From assembly GCA_001724265.1 (NCBI GenBank), contig MEDY01000008.1:1-64000 (forward strand): DNA of 64,000 bases. The letters are read 5' to 3'. The notes beneath the pieces were generated by a model. That model saw only the letters and a list, made by a program, of their open reading frames with translations, was not told the DNA's origin and searched no databases. Origin of the DNA: Rhizaria sp. SCN 62-66 (Eukaryota). Positions within the stretch are counted from its first letter, which is position 1; every line of letters starts with the position of its first letter. A program made the translations under genes and the position numbers. Shown one piece after another: positions 60,774-64,000 of this stretch.

Positions 60774-62600
60774 ATGTTTGGCGCTTTCCGTGACGTTCAC
60801 ACGCTCAAGAACTCGGATGACTACCACAAGTACCTGCTGACCTCCGACGGCGAGGATGGCGGCTCCGCGTCCGCGCGGGCCCGTGAAACCAACCGCGAGG
60901 CCCGCCGTCTGGCGCGCGCCGCCGGCGTTGTGGCGCAGGAGAGCGAGTTTACCCTTGCTGAGACGATCCAGCGCAACGCTGGCGTGTCCTCCGCGCACGC
61001 CTCGCGTCTCGCCCTCAACATCGTCCGCTCTGTCGCCGCCACGCGCCGCCAGGCCGCGAACGCCAACAACAGCGACGGCGGTTCCGGCTCCGACACAGAC
61101 GTTGACCCCACCCCGCCGCACCCGCGCCCCGCCTGGCGCGGCGACTTCGCGAACGCGCCCGCCGAGTTCTATTCGAAGCCCAACGCAGTCGGCAAGGTCC
61201 TCGCGGGCCTCAGCGAGCGCCGCTCCGCGCCCTCGCTGCCCCCGGCCGCGCGCCGCCTGCGCGAGCTCGAGCGCATCCACCGCCGCGCCGCGCGCGCCGC
61301 TGCCGCCGCTGCGACAGCCGCCGCAGAGGGCATCAAGGTGCCGACCAAGGACCCGAAGATCGGCCAGGACCGGCTCCGCACCCGCAAGCCCGCCGCGGCC
61401 TCGGGGTCGTTCCTCGACGCCGCCGCTGCCGAGGCAGGCGTGCACGTGCCCAGCGGCAGCGGCGACGACGACTCGGCCGACGCCGCGGCCGCCGCGGCCG
61501 CCGCGGGCGGGTTTGACATCATCGACGGCGCTGCTACGGCGCACGATGCAGACGGCATGGTGATCGTGCCGAGCGGGTCAGACTCGTTCGAGAATGTCTC
61601 CGAGAGCGAGTTCGCCTCAGCCACCGAGGCCGAGGTGGGCCCTGAGGGCGAGGACGCCAACGACAACGACGACGACGTCGCGCCCATCTCCACCGCCGCC
61701 GCCGCGGCCGCCGCCAAGCGCGCCAAGGCCGCCGCGGCCAAGAAGCAGCGCCGCATCACCAACCGGAAGAACAACGGCGACGCCGTCAAGCCGCACGCTG
61801 TGTTGGTCAAGTCCGACCGCGCCGCGGCGCCGGCCGAGCCCGCGGCGCCCGCCTTGACCCCCGCGGCCGCGGCGGCCGCAGTGCGCTTGCGTGGCGACGA
61901 CTACCTGAGCGTGCTCCCTGCGCTCGACCGGCGCGCGCTGCTGCGGAGCTGGCACTCGCCCTTCATGCAGGAGATCGACCGCGTGCTGTGCTACTACAAG
62001 CACGGCACTCCGTTCGTCCTCTCGTCTTCTCCTAGCGCCCAGACCACCAACGGTGCCCCCGCGCTCGCTGCCGCGGCCGCAGGTTCGCCGGTGAGCGAGG
62101 TCGCGCAGTGGCAGCGCGCCGGTGGTAACACCGGTCCCATCGTGCTGCAGCCGCCGGCGACGTTCACGATCGTGTCTCAGCTCCCGCTGCGGCCTGTGCC
62201 CGCGCTGGCGGCGACCACGGACGCGAGCAGCACCGCAGAGGCGCACGCTAACGCGCTGACGCTGACGTTCCGCGACGCCTACGGGCGGCAGCTGGCGACG
62301 GCAGCGGCACTGTTCCACTGCCTCGACGTGGCCACGGTCACGCTCGGCGACGGCACCAAGGCGCTCACGATCGCCGCGATGCGGCTGCCCGCCCCTCGCA
62401 AGAGCCGCAAGACCGTGGCGGGCGGGTCGGCGACGGCGGACGAGGAAACGGATGCCACCGAGGGCGAGGCCGAGGTGGGCGTGAAGGCCGGTGGTGACGG
62501 CGTGGAGACCGTGGGCGCGCGGGCGATGAAGCTGGCGAAGCACGGGTTTGACCTTGTACCCACGCTTAAGGGATACTCGGGCAAGGGCAGCAAGGCGTGA
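60774..62600 (+). CDS. Uncharacterised Ala-rich protein (~608 aa), possible degenerate R3H-like C-terminal domain
   Basis: Long ORF with strong C/G-ending codon bias. C-terminal LTFRDAYGRQLATAAALFHCL loosely resembles R3H domains. The frame is open back to 60669, so the start may lie upstream. Ends in TGA. Confidence 0.65.
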   Translation: MFGAFRDVHTLKNSDDYHKYLLTSDGEDGGSASARARETNREARRLARAAGVVAQESEFTLAETIQRNAGVSSAHASRLALNIVRSVAATRRQAANANNSDGGSGSDTDVDPTPPHPRPAWRGDFANAPAEFYSKPNAVGKVLAGLSERRSAPSLPPAARRLRELERIHRRAARAAAAAATAAAEGIKVPTKDPKIGQDRLRTRKPAAASGSFLDAAAAEAGVHVPSGSGDDDSADAAAAAAAAGGFDIIDGAATAHDADGMVIVPSGSDSFENVSESEFASATEAEVGPEGEDANDNDDDVAPISTAAAAAAAKRAKAAAAKKQRRITNRKNNGDAVKPHAVLVKSDRAAAPAEPAAPALTPAAAAAAVRLRGDDYLSVLPALDRRALLRSWHSPFMQEIDRVLCYYKHGTPFVLSSSPSAQTTNGAPALAAAAAGSPVSEVAQWQRAGGNTGPIVLQPPATFTIVSQLPLRPVPALAATTDASSTAEAHANALTLTFRDAYGRQLATAAALFHCLDVATVTLGDGTKALTIAAMRLPAPRKSRKTVAGGSATADEETDATEGEAEVGVKAGGDGVETVGARAMKLAKHGFDLVPTLKGYSGKGSKA

Positions 62601-64000
62601 GATGATCATCAGTAATCCTTGACAACAATTTAACAGACTTACTCAAACATTTTCTTATCAGGCACCCAAGGAGCTTGCCAAATTCAATACAAACATGTCG
62701 CACTACGACAGTTTTAGTCAACGCATGTCTCTTTTTAGATTGATAATTTGACGCATGTACACAGTCTTTCACAATGGATAGTCTGTATTAGTTTGAGGAC
62801 TAGTTTTTTAAAGAAGTCAACAGAGAAAAAAACAAGTGCAGATGTGTTAACATATAAAAAAATTATGCAGTACGCAGCTTTACCAACACACAGTTGCGCA
62901 CACAAACCTATGATGTCGGGTTTCAATGTAACGCTAAGAAGCATGTCACATAAAGATTACGATGTTTGTCAGTGAACATTGATTGACTCTTAACACGAAA
63001 GAATGCGAAACGTAAAAGTGATAGAAGCTGAGACAAAAACAGTGACAAGGCAGCGAGCAGGCACGTATGCTGCGACAAAGTGACACATGTTACGTACGTC
63101 TGACGAATAGAGATTGCGTATCATGAAGGCAACACCAACAAAAACGCTGCCGCACACAGTTATTAAAAAAATATGAGGAAAGTATGCTGAAAAATCGTGC
63201 TGAAAAATCGCGAGATCTTTTTTTAAACAAGCAATGTCGTTGAATTCGGAGAAAACTGTCACAACGCATTGCATTTTAAGACACCCAAAGCTGTCCCGAA
63301 AAAAAAACACACAACAACACGCGCACGGTCACGAAGACACGAGGTTACTTCGAACACAGTAAATTGTGGTACGCGCGCAGGTGACAAGCTTAGTGGTAAG
63401 TGAGAGAGTGATGTCATGTAATAAGAAAAAAAAAGAAGTCTGTGTGAGTATTTAAAACACAGGAAGCGACCAGGATAGGAAGCGCTCTCTGTGGGAACGA
63501 GGAGAGTGGTGCAGGAGGTAGTAATGATAAGAAATCAACGAAACACACTGACAAAGCGGAGGAAGCGAAAAGAAGAAGAAAAATAAGAAAATAAAACAAA
63601 ATAAGATTAACATGCAAACAAAATTCAAACATATGAGTGCATTCACGTCCATGCCAATGCGTGATAACAACACCAGCATACACACCCATCTTCCGCAAGT
63701 GCACATCAAAAAAGAGGTACACGAAGTTAATGCGGTCAAACGCTGTCAGCAGTGCTTATAGCGAATACCACAAAAGCAATTACGATGCGCAAACAACAAC
63801 ACAACGAAATTGGATTAAAAAACAACAACAACAAAAGAGTAGTAATGAGAGCAGGAAGATGGAAGCTGTGTGATCGTGAACGATTGACAAAGGGATCTAG
63901 CAGTTACGTATTCAAGTCACACGCACATACTAAGCCCTATTTTGCAGTCGAAAATATTTTAAATGCTTTGCTAATAATAGTCGTTGTAGAACTGGAAGCA

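Noticed and set aside
2164-62609. Many long overlapping or antisense ORFs in the track (e.g. 9167-10765, 51534-52769, 54411-56228)
   Set aside because: Shadow frames caused by high GC; Arg/Pro-rich, with no motifs, and overlapping better-supported genes.

Overview
Gene-dense window of a eukaryotic (protist-like, probably flagellated) nuclear genome, with very GC/Ala-rich exons, AT-rich intergenic DNA and short GT-AG introns. I reconstruct 17 protein-coding genes. They include Mre11, SNW1/SKIP, a MORN3-like protein, a C2-inositol 5-phosphatase-C2 enzyme, a PAP2/AUR1-like phosphotransferase, an M6PR/ATG27-like receptor and two tandem secreted Gly/His/Trp-rich peptides. The main result is strong internal evidence for a non-standard nuclear genetic code. 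I found 15 in-frame TAG codons interrupting six otherwise continuous reading frames; several sit inside CAG/CAA poly-Gln runs and one lies within a conserved MORN repeat. I found no internal TAA or TGA, and all 17 gene models end in TAA (11) or TGA (6). The best explanation is UAG=Gln with UAA/UGA kept as stops, a rare UAG/UAA-decoupled code. Gene models were built by hand; some start codons are uncertain and no database searches were run.
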